Below are positions 7,179 to 16,958 of a stretch of 64,000 nt of DNA, piece by piece. How positions within the stretch are numbered: position 1 is the stretch's first letter; every line of letters starts with the position of its first letter. The DNA comes from Granulosicoccus sp. (GTDB taxonomy: Bacteria > Pseudomonadota > Gammaproteobacteria > Granulosicoccales > Granulosicoccaceae): contig JBGCEH010000001.1 in the NCBI GenBank assembly GCA_045106195.1, positions 105,887 through 169,886 of the forward strand. The letters run 5' to 3'. The notes below the pieces were generated by a model. The model was not told the DNA's origin. It worked only from the letters and a program-made list of their open reading frames with translations, and did not search any database. The translations under genes were made by a program, and so were the position numbers.

Positions 7179-10085
7179 TTAATTACCGTCCGAGAAAACT
7201 ATCTTGAGATCATTTCCGGCGGCACCGGGCTCAGATTTCAGCCAGAACCCGTTCATAGGCTGGAGACTCTCACGCTTGTCCAAGGCCACGTAAGAGCCGC
7301 TTGAGGGTTCGTAACGAGTGAGTATGGAAAGATCATTCATATCCATACTCAATGGCAACTGCGCAATATACCCTGCAGCAACGGCCTCATCAGTCGTGCA
7401 ACCACTCACGCAATCTGTTGAATCACCAGCTGAACGCAGTCGAACCCCGGCCGTATCTACCGTTGTTGGAAACGGTGCGCCCACCATGACAAAGGGGAAT
7501 GTTTGTGGCAAGGGACTTAATGGGACCTCAACACAACCATCGTCGGATACACAGGCGTCTGTCACAACTAAAGTGACGGGGGGTAATGTTCGTGGAATCT
7601 CTATTGTAACTTCCGCAGATTCTATTTGTATCATCCAGAAACCCTGCCCGGGCAGCAACGTGCCATTAAGTCCCGGATCTTCATACAACTCCTGGCTTCC
7701 ATCGTACGTAAAGATGCGCCAAGAGAATCCATAATTATCGGCATTCAGAACGTCCCCAAACAGGCTTTCAATGGTTAGGCTTTGTGCATCTGCTGGTATT
7801 ACCAATTGCTCCCATTGGCGATTCGCCAAATCGTAGGAGTATCCAGCATCAGAAACCGGCTCAGGATCCGGACTGGAAATAGCCTCGAAGTTGCTGAACT
7901 CGATTTCTGCGTTGGTCTCGCCAACACTGTAAAGAGCAACTTTAATACGTGGATTTCTATTTTTTACCGGGATTTGCAAGGGGCCCGTATTCCCAGTGGC
8001 AAAGCTGTCAATAGAATCGCTTAACACCCAGAATACCTTGTTATCAAGCATGACCGCTGCATAATCGCCATCGCCCAGCTGAGTGAATTCGTAGTCGAAA
8101 GAAATAAACTCCTGATCATCTTCAAGCTCAATATCTGCGCTCAGAAAAGGCGAAGACTGTTCAGTACAAGTGAAACGTGTCTGACTGTTGGCAATGCAGC
8201 CTCGCTCAGCGATATTGTTAAATACAAGCCGGGTTATGACTCGATCTTGTTCTTGTCCATTAAACTCGGGAAACCTTTCCGGATTCTGATTTAATGACCA
8301 AAACCAACCGACATCACAAGGATTCAACGATGCATCAACGAAATCAGGTTTGTTAAAAATTCCGCCATCCGAGCAGAACTCAGAGAGAGTAAGAGTATTC
8401 GGAGTCATAGACCAGCGATACCATTGCTGCACTGCAGAGTGGTTGTTCCCTGTTCCTTCATTTGCGAATAACAGACTACTGATATCATTGGGCCGCACAA
8501 GTGCAGGATGATTGTAGATTCTCGGACCTGTTGCCTTGTCTCCGGTGGACTGACCATTTAACGAGTAGAAGTTGTCAAGGCGAAAATTGATAGCACTGTC
8601 GTCAAGCGGCAGAACGGCTGCGAAAAAAGCACTGTTGAAACCAAGCTCGTTTTCATCATCCTCATCTATCCCCAATATTGCACTCACACGATCAGGGCGC
8701 TCCAACGCGGTAAATTGCATGGTTTCAACATTTGGAGCTTCAGCTCTTAAAGAGGCTGCTGCATAGGAATTGACTATGGCACCTAAAGAATGACCGACGA
8801 AATGCACAGATTGGTCATAGTCACTACCCAATCTGTCGACCAGTAATTTTCGCAGTGCGATGCCCGCATTAAAAGTTTTTTCGCGGGCTGCAAGATAATC
8901 GGACTCCCGCGGCACGAGACCTGATTGAAAAGCATCAGGCCAGACATACTGAATCACATTAGCGACACCAAGCCCTAACGACTCATTTATCAACGCACCA
9001 GCCTGTCCGGGCCCGAAACCCGACCATAGTTGGTCGCTCGTCTGATCGGAACTTTGGAGTCCATGAGTCAGAACTATAGTTGGCAGATTTGGATTGAGCA
9101 CACCGCGACTCTCTGGAGTTTCCGGCTGACTGACCACCGGTAACCCTTCTGAATTTCCTGATATCACAAAATACGCAAAGAAGATGTTGTCATCATCCGT
9201 AGGATTAATGGTCGAAATAGCAATCGAAGTAGTACCGTCTCCCACCACGGTGGCCAGGTTGTATAATTCATCATCAGTGCGGAGACCGTTTGGACTGGGG
9301 GTCGCAAAAGGATCCGGGTTTTCCAGGGAATCACCGATGCCCCCAACAGTTATCAAGGCCCCATCAGCACTTTCACCATCGTCTTCACCGCCTGCCGATG
9401 TTGTGAGGCGCACGCCATTAACGTCTATCTCGCTGAGCATAGGGGTGCCTGATGTCCCCTGAAAACCAAAAGATATTCCCAAACCCATCGTCAGATCGTC
9501 CTCAGATACCTGCAGGGGACGAGGTAGTGACAAATTAAACGTATCACCGCGCGTAGACTGTCCGCCTATGTACATCAAAATGGATTGTTCAGGTAACGAC
9601 GAGTCTTCGAAAATGACGAACAAAGTGACTCCGTCAATAAATGTGGTGTTGTTTTCAGTCACTCTAAAATCGATCAGCCCCGCCGGACTAGCATCTACGA
9701 CCGGTCTTACAATATCAGTAACATCTGCATACACGTTGTTGAAAAAATCTAGTCTACCAGCACCGGCGTCGTTAAAAAAAATGTCGTCCCATACAATTTC
9801 CCGTCCATCAAGCTGAACATCTCCATCTTCGATAATGTAATCAAAATTGCTTTGAGCCATTAGGTAGGCTCGCAAAACCGTCGCGTCACCACGTTTGTCC
9901 AAACTGACGAAACCTTCCACGTCATTAGTTCCCACTGCATCTGCAGATGCGTAAATATTGCCGAAAAATTCTTCGGTCAATTGAAGTTGGGCTGATGCGA
10001 GAGGAGGTAAAAAAAGAAGAAAAGTAAATGCAACGAATTTGCATTTTTTATGGAACCGAATGGCTTCTCTGCGAAAGGCTTTCAT
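7179..10085 (-). CDS. Large exported multidomain protein with central alpha/beta-hydrolase (lipase-like) domain
   Basis: Signal peptide (...FLLFLPPLASA); acidic beta-rich N-domain; PTIVLTHG and VHFVGHSLG (8781-8795) lipase motifs; C-terminal domain with two related L.P..GFW motifs; start ATG 10085 preferred (track 10136). Confidence 0.8.
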   Translation of the reverse strand: MKAFRREAIRFHKKCKFVAFTFLLFLPPLASAQLQLTEEFFGNIYASADAVGTNDVEGFVSLDKRGDATVLRAYLMAQSNFDYIIEDGDVQLDGREIVWDDIFFNDAGAGRLDFFNNVYADVTDIVRPVVDASPAGLIDFRVTENNTTFIDGVTLFVIFEDSSLPEQSILMYIGGQSTRGDTFNLSLPRPLQVSEDDLTMGLGISFGFQGTSGTPMLSEIDVNGVRLTTSAGGEDDGESADGALITVGGIGDSLENPDPFATPSPNGLRTDDELYNLATVVGDGTTSIAISTINPTDDDNIFFAYFVISGNSEGLPVVSQPETPESRGVLNPNLPTIVLTHGLQSSDQTSDQLWSGFGPGQAGALINESLGLGVANVIQYVWPDAFQSGLVPRESDYLAAREKTFNAGIALRKLLVDRLGSDYDQSVHFVGHSLGAIVNSYAAASLRAEAPNVETMQFTALERPDRVSAILGIDEDDENELGFNSAFFAAVLPLDDSAINFRLDNFYSLNGQSTGDKATGPRIYNHPALVRPNDISSLLFANEGTGNNHSAVQQWYRWSMTPNTLTLSEFCSDGGIFNKPDFVDASLNPCDVGWFWSLNQNPERFPEFNGQEQDRVITRLVFNNIAERGCIANSQTRFTCTEQSSPFLSADIELEDDQEFISFDYEFTQLGDGDYAAVMLDNKVFWVLSDSIDSFATGNTGPLQIPVKNRNPRIKVALYSVGETNAEIEFSNFEAISSPDPEPVSDAGYSYDLANRQWEQLVIPADAQSLTIESLFGDVLNADNYGFSWRIFTYDGSQELYEDPGLNGTLLPGQGFWMIQIESAEVTIEIPRTLPPVTLVVTDACVSDDGCVEVPLSPLPQTFPFVMVGAPFPTTVDTAGVRLRSAGDSTDCVSGCTTDEAVAAGYIAQLPLSMDMNDLSILTRYEPSSGSYVALDKRESLQPMNGFWLKSEPGAAGNDLKIVFSDGN

Positions 10086-10156
10086 CGATGCACTATCTCC
10101 ATGTAGGCAATTTGTGAACCAGTAACTTATCACCATTCTGTTAACTATGCCTCATA

Positions 10157-10192
10157 AGAATAACATCTAGAATAATATCTAGAATAATATCT
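10157..10192. repeat. Three tandem 12-bp repeats AGAATAA(C/T)ATCT
   Basis: AGAATAACATCT, AGAATAATATCT, AGAATAATATCT read directly from the sequence. Confidence 0.9.
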
Positions 10193-10521
10193 GTAAAAAC
10201 ATAAATATATTGCCTTTGTCCATTCATTGCGAGCAGTGAGTGAAGAACATTTACAACTCGACTAGCTAATAGTTCAGGAATACAAACACCCTCTATTTGA
10301 TACGCTTTGAGCAAACAAAGAAAACACCAAAAGCACCTGAGTAATGTTAATGAGCAGAATCATTACGTGTTGCGCCGCTGTGATCATGCTACGCGGAGGT
10401 TCCGGTGGTTCAGAAACAAGCGACATACCAGCCGTATCAGAGACGTCTGCCAACCCCGTTGTTGCATCGACCAAAGCCGCATAAGCTTTCCGCAGCTACT
10501 ATCAATTAGTCTAGCTCTGGA

Positions 10522-11229
10522 CTAATCCAGCCCTGGCACCATATGTCCTGTTAATTTATACAGCGTTTCGATCTTTTGCCTGAGCTCGGCATTTTCAAGT
10601 TCAAGCGCCTGCACGGTGTCTTTCAATAAATCAAAATCGTCTGCGGAACATATTGTTGCTCTGCTTGTAGCTGATGCGCTCGCAGCGCTCGTAACGAACA
10701 CCGGCGTGCCGCTGAACAAATGCGCAATACGTTCACCACGCTGCCCTGGCGCACCAAGATGCATTGCATAAGGGACATCACGCTCGCACAGACGATCAAC
10801 GTAATGATTGAGCTCGTCTTTGTCACTGAACTGTGCCATCCGTTGAGTACGGGTATTTAGCTCGTTCAAGGTTTGCGGGCCACGTAACATCATGACGCAC
10901 AAGAGCGCTTGATGCTTTTTGTTGAGCCCCAGTTGCGGAACGAATTGCTGAGTATATTTATCGGTTCGCGAGCCAAACTCCCTGCGTACATAGTTCTTTT
11001 CTTCCAGCTCTCTCAGGCAGTGCAGGACTTCACCCTGATGATAGTTGGTCACAGGGTCACGACTGGATTTCTGATTACAGGCGGTTAGGATGCTGTTTAG
11101 TGTCAACGGGTACTGGTCTGGCGTCGTCAGCTGTTTTTCCATCAACGCGCCTAATACCCGTAACTCAATGGCGAGAAGCTGCGGTGGTTTGACAGTGTCT
11201 TCGTTGGCTGGGAAATCGGAATCTTGCAT
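10522..11229 (-). CDS. yceH: YceH / DUF480 family protein
   Basis: ELRVLGALMEKQLTTPDQYPLTLNSILTACNQKSSRDPV, LMLRGPQT, C-terminal coiled coil. Confidence 0.92.
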   Translation of the reverse strand: MQDSDFPANEDTVKPPQLLAIELRVLGALMEKQLTTPDQYPLTLNSILTACNQKSSRDPVTNYHQGEVLHCLRELEEKNYVRREFGSRTDKYTQQFVPQLGLNKKHQALLCVMMLRGPQTLNELNTRTQRMAQFSDKDELNHYVDRLCERDVPYAMHLGAPGQRGERIAHLFSGTPVFVTSAASASATSRATICSADDFDLLKDTVQALELENAELRQKIETLYKLTGHMVPGLD

Positions 11230-11471
11230 GGCAGGAGCACAGGCTGGAAAGGTACTAACTCCAGATTATAGCAACAGCGCCGGTATCTCAATGCGCCAAA
11301 CTGGAGATGATTTCGAGGCGAGCTTTTGGATTCAGGGATTTCGAAAACTACCGACTAACGGTTCTGGCCCGCTGTGGGTGGGATGGTATTATCGACAGGG
11401 TCTGATGAGTGCTCATTCCCCGTTAATTGAGTAGAGCCCTCCCGCACTGGTGGAGCAGAACCGGGTAAAAA

Positions 11472-11548
11472 TGGTGGCTACACCTAGATTCGAACTAGGG
11501 ACCCCAACATTATGAGTGTTGTGCTCTAACCAACTGAGCTATGTAGCC
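11472..11548 (-). tRNA. tRNA-Met (CAT), elongator type, CCA encoded
   Basis: GGCTACATAGCTCAGTTGGTTAGAGCACAACACTCATAATGTTGGGGTCCCTAGTTCGAATCTAGGTGTAGCCACCA, 77 nt, closely resembles E. coli metT/metU. Confidence 0.96.
11473..11483. repeat. 11-bp direct repeat copy 1 (GGTGGCTACAC), tRNA-Met 3' acceptor end
   Basis: Identical to 22468-22478. Confidence 0.85.
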
Positions 11549-11565
11549 ATCGTACCGAGCGCGAC

Positions 11566-11594
11566 ATTATGCCCTCCATGTTATTCAGTGTCAA
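11566..11594 (-). promoter_or_regulatory. sigma70 promoter of tRNA-Met with GC-rich discriminator
   Basis: Minus strand TTGACA (11594-11589), 17 nt, CATAAT (11571-11566), then GTCGCGC; the -35 box lies inside the last LysR codons. Confidence 0.8.
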
Positions 11595-12519
11595 GCTTAT
11601 GCTGTCGTTCGTGCGAGCACTCGGTATCACGCGTCAGCTGGTCAATCAGCTGGGCCAGAAACCGGGCGGCGGCCACCGGCAAGGTCCTGCCCTTTTGCTG
11701 GAGCACCACCAGAGACCCATCGGCCAGCTCGCGAGTACCGATCCTGACAGCAACAATGCCGTCTGGCATTGAACCGCTGGCCGTGGCGACAGATATCTGA
11801 AACCCGATTATCTGATGATCCTCAAGGCCTTTAAGCAGGAAGTCATGGCTGTCAGACTCAACCGCAACCCACAATTTTACGGATTGTCTGATGGCCGCTT
11901 TCTCAATCAATGCCCTGAGACCTGAACGACGACTGGGGACAGCCAGTGGATATTGTGAACAATCGCTGAGCGTCACGGTGCCCTTCCTTGCCAACGGATG
12001 CTCGCTGGACATGACCGCGTACACTGCTTGAGGCACTTTCATAACCACCGATACCTCTGCCGTCACATCAGGTTCGAATACCACGGCAATATCTGCTGAA
12101 AAATCCAGCAAGCGATCAGAGGCTTCATCACGACCGCACACGCCAACACTGAAATCGACATAGGGGTGCTCAGCACGATAACCTGATACAAGTCCGGGTA
12201 GAAAACTCTGCATCAAGGCTTGACCACACGCTACTGAAACAAGCCCCCTGCGCTCTCCATGTAGATCCGCTATCTGTGATTTGACACGTTCCATATCAGA
12301 CATTTGCTGACGGACATGATGAATGAATATCTCACCGGCAACACTGAGCCTGACACCTTTACCCGTACGTTCGAAGATAGGTGTGCCCAGATCTTCTTCA
12401 ACAGCCAATATGCGACGGTTAAGTGCTGTCGATGTAATGGCGAGCGATTGCGCAGCACGACGGATAGATCCAGTACGCGCCACGGCATCGATATAAACCA
12501 GTTGTTGCAGATGTCTCAT
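11581..12519 (-). CDS. LysR-family transcriptional regulator, divergent from the nitrate operon
   Basis: HTH GSIRRAAQSLAITSTALNRRILAVEEDLGTPIFER...L; substrate-binding domain. Confidence 0.93.
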   Translation of the reverse strand: MRHLQQLVYIDAVARTGSIRRAAQSLAITSTALNRRILAVEEDLGTPIFERTGKGVRLSVAGEIFIHHVRQQMSDMERVKSQIADLHGERRGLVSVACGQALMQSFLPGLVSGYRAEHPYVDFSVGVCGRDEASDRLLDFSADIAVVFEPDVTAEVSVVMKVPQAVYAVMSSEHPLARKGTVTLSDCSQYPLAVPSRRSGLRALIEKAAIRQSVKLWVAVESDSHDFLLKGLEDHQIIGFQISVATASGSMPDGIVAVRIGTRELADGSLVVLQQKGRTLPVAAARFLAQLIDQLTRDTECSHERQHKLDTE

Positions 12520-12680
12520 CGTTCAGAAGCTAGTGATGAATAAGCACAAGTCAGGGACGTAAACCTTATCAGAGCACAGCGATGCAAAAAACGCATACAC
12601 CCGCTGCAAAATCAACAGAAGCACAACACGGAGGCACTCTTTACCATCCTGCATGTCTTCATTGTAGAGAGTATACGTCT

Positions 12681-14084
12681 ATGTTCTGTCGAAAAAGTTT
12701 GGTTAAAAACAAACAGCACGCCCCCCTGTGGTGCGCAGGAGTGATTTTCGCCACGTTTTCGTGCATAGCGTCCTTCAATGCTACAGCAGATACACAAATG
12801 CTGGATCTTGAGAAGGATGAACTCAAATTCGGATTCATCAAACTAACCGACATGGCACCTCTCGCTATAGCCTATGAAAACGGCTACTTCGAAGACGAGG
12901 GCTTATACGTCACACTCGAACCACAAGCCAACTGGAAGGTCCTGCTTGATCGCGTCATTACCGGTGAGCTTGATGGTGCACACATGCTGGCTGGTCAACC
13001 ACTGGCTGCCACGATCGGTTATGGCACCAAGGCGCATATCGTTACGCCATTTTCCATGGATCTCAACGGTAATGGTATTACCGTCAGTAATGACGTCTGG
13101 GCTGCCATGAAAGAACATGTTGAAATGGACAGTGAAGGCAAGCCTGTTCATCCTATCAAGGCAAGTTCGCTAAAACCTGTGGTTGACAGCTTCAAAGAAG
13201 AAGGAAAGCCCTTTAACATGGGCATGGTCTTCCCGGTATCCACACACAACTATGAGCTTCGCTACTGGTTAGCCTCCGGCGGCATCCATCCCGGTTTCTA
13301 CTCAGGTGCCGATGTGTCAGGCCAGATCGATGCCGATGCCTTCTTATCTGTAACTCCTCCACCTCAAATGCCTGCAACGCTTGAGGCTGGCACCATTCAC
13401 GGATATTGCGTCGGCGAACCATGGAACCAGCAAGCGGTTGCCAAAGGCATCGGTGTACCTGTGATCACCGACTACCAGATCTGGAAAAACAACCCGGAAA
13501 AAGTGTTTGGTTTAACAAAAGAATTCACAGATGAGAATCCGAACACTACCATTGCCCTGACCAAAGCGCTCATTAGAGCAGCGCAGTGGCTTGACGAGAA
13601 CGACAACGCCAACCGTCCCGAAGCTGTAGAAATTCTTTCACGCGCAGAGTACGTCGGTGCTGACGCTGATGTTATTGGCGCTTCAATGACTGGTACTTTC
13701 GAATTTGAAAAAGGTGATGTACGTGAAATACCGGATTTCAACGTGTTCTTCCGTTATTACGCGACCTACCCGTACTACTCTGATGCTATTTGGTACCTCA
13801 CGCAAATGCGGCGCTGGGGACAGATAGAAGAAAACAAGAGTGATGAGTGGTATGCAGAGACTGCAAAATCAGTTTACTTGTCCGACGTGTATCTAGAAGC
13901 TGCCATCCTGCTTGTTGAAGAAGGGTTTGTGCAAAAAGCAGATTTCCCCTGGGACACCGACGGATTTCGTGAACCCACTGATGAGTTCATCGACGGCCTG
14001 ACCTACGACGGACGTTCACCAAACGCCTACCTTGAATCATTTGACATCGGTCTGAAGCAGAACAGTCCGAATCCTGGCAGCTAA
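12681..14084 (+). CDS. nrtA: Nitrate/nitrite ABC transporter substrate-binding protein (NrtA/CmpA family)
   Basis: [68 protein letters not shown]; start ATG 12681 (track 12582). Confidence 0.93.
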   Translation: MFCRKSLVKNKQHAPLWCAGVIFATFSCIASFNATADTQMLDLEKDELKFGFIKLTDMAPLAIAYENGYFEDEGLYVTLEPQANWKVLLDRVITGELDGAHMLAGQPLAATIGYGTKAHIVTPFSMDLNGNGITVSNDVWAAMKEHVEMDSEGKPVHPIKASSLKPVVDSFKEEGKPFNMGMVFPVSTHNYELRYWLASGGIHPGFYSGADVSGQIDADAFLSVTPPPQMPATLEAGTIHGYCVGEPWNQQAVAKGIGVPVITDYQIWKNNPEKVFGLTKEFTDENPNTTIALTKALIRAAQWLDENDNANRPEAVEILSRAEYVGADADVIGASMTGTFEFEKGDVREIPDFNVFFRYYATYPYYSDAIWYLTQMRRWGQIEENKSDEWYAETAKSVYLSDVYLEAAILLVEEGFVQKADFPWDTDGFREPTDEFIDGLTYDGRSPNAYLESFDIGLKQNSPNPGS

Positions 14085-14090
14085 TCAGCC

Positions 14091-15164
14091 ATGTCTCATA
14101 CCAATACCATCAAAGCCTCGATACCTTCGAGCCCATCCAGACTTCGCCGGGTAATCAACCGTAGTGAATTCACGCTAGATGCCATAGGTCTTGGTTTTTT
14201 CCTGCCATTGTTACGTATCAGTGCAGGTGACAATATCAAGGAGCAACTGGGGGAGTTGAAGCATCGCCTGCTTATTCCAATGCTCGGTATAAGCGTATTC
14301 CTGCTTGCCTGGGCAGTGCTAGCCCCCAAGGTCAACACATCACTCGGCGCCATACCCGGACCGGCCCAGGTATGGCATCAGGCAGGTGTACTGATCGATG
14401 ACCATAAGCGCGAACGGGCCAAGGAAGTGAAATTCCACGAGCGTCTGGCAGAACGCAATGAGAAACTTCGTGCCAACGGTCAGGAAGACAAGATCAAGGA
14501 CCGCTCCTACACCGGCAAGCCGACCTACTTTGACCAGATTGGCACATCGTTGCTTACCGTTGCGCTGGGCTTCTTCATAGCCACAATCATCGCTGTACCC
14601 GTTGGTATCGCATCGGGGCTTTCCAAGACCGTTAATGGCGCTCTCAACCCACTGGTTCAATTGTTCAAACCGGTATCTCCGCTGGCATGGCTACCAATCG
14701 TCACCATGGTCGTGTCTGCATTGTATGTTGATACTTCTGACTGGCTACCCAAGTCCCTTGTCGTATCAGCGGTCACGGTCACTCTTTGCTCCCTTTGGCC
14801 GACAATGATCAACACCACACTTGGCGTTGCCAGTGTCGACAAGGATCTGATGAATGTAGGTAAGGTCTTGCAACTGCCTACCAGTAAAACCATCACAAAG
14901 GTGGTGATGCCATCTGCCATGCCACTGATTTTCACCGGATTGCGACTGTCATTGGGTGTTGGCTGGATGGTACTGATAGCTGCTGAAATGCTTGCGCAGA
15001 ACCCCGGTCTTGGAAAATTTGTATGGGATGAATTCCAGAATGGCTCGTCTGATTCTCTCGCAAGAATAATGGTCGCCGTGCTAACCATAGGACTGATCGG
15101 GTTCATGCTTGATCGAATCATGTTTACTTTGCAGCAGGCGTTTACGTTCGATGCAAATCGCTGA
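14091..15164 (+). CDS. nrtB: Nitrate ABC transporter permease
   Basis: LNPLVQLFKPVSPLAWLPI, GLRLSLGVGWMVLIAAEML, GLGKFVWDEFQNG. Confidence 0.93.
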   Translation: MSHTNTIKASIPSSPSRLRRVINRSEFTLDAIGLGFFLPLLRISAGDNIKEQLGELKHRLLIPMLGISVFLLAWAVLAPKVNTSLGAIPGPAQVWHQAGVLIDDHKRERAKEVKFHERLAERNEKLRANGQEDKIKDRSYTGKPTYFDQIGTSLLTVALGFFIATIIAVPVGIASGLSKTVNGALNPLVQLFKPVSPLAWLPIVTMVVSALYVDTSDWLPKSLVVSAVTVTLCSLWPTMINTTLGVASVDKDLMNVGKVLQLPTSKTITKVVMPSAMPLIFTGLRLSLGVGWMVLIAAEMLAQNPGLGKFVWDEFQNGSSDSLARIMVAVLTIGLIGFMLDRIMFTLQQAFTFDANR

Positions 15165-15182
15165 TACCGGAACACGAGACTC

Positions 15183-16958
15183 ATGATTAGCAAAACACCA
15201 ATGATAGAGCTTTCGGACGTCTCTAAAAGCTATAACAGCCAGTCCCTTGCGGATACGGCGGCCATCGTTCTTAAAGACATCAACCTCAAGGTCATGGAGG
15301 GTGAGTTCGTAGCTATCGTCGGCTTTTCCGGTGCCGGCAAGACCACACTTATCTCTCTACTTGCAGGATTGATAAAAGCCGACAGAGGTGGCGTCATCTA
15401 TCGCGGTAAAGAGGTCAACGGCCCGGGTCCCGAACGCGGAGTTGTATTTCAGTCGTATTCATTGATGCCATGGCTATCGGTCGAAGGCAACATCAGCCTC
15501 GCCGTCGACCACGTTGCAAGGACCATGTCTAGAAGCGATCGTCGCAAACGGGTCGACCACTACATAGAAATGGTGGGCCTTGGTCATGCACGAGACAGAC
15601 GACCCGCCGAGCTATCAGGTGGAATGCGTCAACGCGTAGCCCTGGCCAGAGCACTGGCGATGCAACCGGATGTGCTGCTGCTGGACGAACCGTTATCCGC
15701 ACTGGACGCCCTGACTCGCGCCAGACTTCAAGATGAACTGGTAGCAATATCACAGCAAGAAAAGAAAACCATCATTCTAATAACCAACGATGTTGACGAG
15801 GCGTTGTTGCTGGCTGATCGAATCATTGCTTTGACACCCGCACCTGCTGCCACACTTGGCAAGGTCTTTGACGTCACGATTCCCCAGCCTCGAGACAGGG
15901 CAGCGATGAATCACAACGATCAGTTCATTGCCCTGAGGGCTGATTTAACCCGTCACTTGCTGGCGCTGAGCAGGACCCGGTCACAGCATCAGGCCAGCGA
16001 TTTACCAGCTCCTAACGTCGTACCTATTCGTAAAGCCGTTAATGCACCGCCCACATTGCCTGAATCCGAAAATACAACAGGCATCCAGAGCCGGTATTTG
16101 CAATTTAGTGAACTGAGCAAAATCTACCCGACACCGAAAGGTGAAATCGCCGTTGTCAAAGGTTTTGAACTCAGCATGGATAAAGGTGAGTTCGTCACGT
16201 TAATCGGTCACTCAGGCTGTGGAAAATCAACTGTTCTTTCAATGGCAGCCGGATTGAACCCGGTTAGTGAGGGTAGCGTCGTGCTCGATGGTACGCATGT
16301 ACTCGGAGCTGGCCCAGAACGAGCCGTGGTATTTCAGTCACCATCGTTGATGCCCTGGATGAGTGCGATCGATAACGTAATGCTGGGTGTCGATCAGGTA
16401 TACGCCAATGCGAGTAGAACTGAACGCCGCGATGTTGCCGAGTACTACCTATCGCGCGTAGGCCTGGGTGACGTTATGCAGCGATCGGCTAAAGACTTGT
16501 CAAATGGTATGCAACAACGTGTCGGCATCGCCAGAGCATTCGCATTATCTCCCAAGCTGCTTCTGCTTGATGAGCCATTCGGTATGCTTGATAGTCTGAC
16601 GCGCTGGGAGCTTCAGGATGTGTTAATGGACGTCTGGACCCGAACACGCGTTACCACCGTCTGCGTCACTCATGATGTCGACGAAGCCATATTACTGGCT
16701 GACAGGGTAGTCATGATGAGCAACGGTCCCGAAGCCAAGGTAGGCAATATCATGAGCGTGGACCTTCCACGACCACGGTCACGTGATGAGCTGACAGCAC
16801 ATGCCGACTACTACGCCTACCGCGAAGAGTTACTGGAATTTCTTGAAGCCTATGAAGGTGGTGCAAACCCCTCCAGCGAGGTTCTGGAAAAAATTGCACG
16901 AAAGCGAAAACAACGAACCGGCAAAAGCGTTCAGCCCGTCGAGCGAGCACACGCATGA
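15183..16958 (+). CDS. Nitrate ABC transporter ATPase with two fused NBDs (NrtC/D)
   Basis: Walker [10 protein letters not shown] and GHSGCGKST; signatures LSGGM and LSNGM; Walker B LLLDEP twice. Confidence 0.92.
   Translation: MISKTPMIELSDVSKSYNSQSLADTAAIVLKDINLKVMEGEFVAIVGFSGAGKTTLISLLAGLIKADRGGVIYRGKEVNGPGPERGVVFQSYSLMPWLSVEGNISLAVDHVARTMSRSDRRKRVDHYIEMVGLGHARDRRPAELSGGMRQRVALARALAMQPDVLLLDEPLSALDALTRARLQDELVAISQQEKKTIILITNDVDEALLLADRIIALTPAPAATLGKVFDVTIPQPRDRAAMNHNDQFIALRADLTRHLLALSRTRSQHQASDLPAPNVVPIRKAVNAPPTLPESENTTGIQSRYLQFSELSKIYPTPKGEIAVVKGFELSMDKGEFVTLIGHSGCGKSTVLSMAAGLNPVSEGSVVLDGTHVLGAGPERAVVFQSPSLMPWMSAIDNVMLGVDQVYANASRTERRDVAEYYLSRVGLGDVMQRSAKDLSNGMQQRVGIARAFALSPKLLLLDEPFGMLDSLTRWELQDVLMDVWTRTRVTTVCVTHDVDEAILLADRVVMMSNGPEAKVGNIMSVDLPRPRSRDELTAHADYYAYREELLEFLEAYEGGANPSSEVLEKIARKRKQRTGKSVQPVERAHA

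Noticed and set aside
7179-11471. Classical genomic island integrated at the tRNA-Met 3' end
   Set aside because: No integrase, no duplicated tRNA 3' fragment found on this side, and the core-type gene yceH lies directly downstream of the tRNA.
11472-11548. tRNA-Ile2 (lysidine) or initiator tRNA-fMet
   Set aside because: It has a paired G1-C72, lacks the three G-C pairs in the anticodon stem, and the body matches elongator metT/metU.
12572-12586. sigma54 -24/-12 promoter upstream of nrtA (GAGCAC-N5-TGCA)
   Set aside because: It lacks the GG dinucleotide and the spacing to TGC is one base short.
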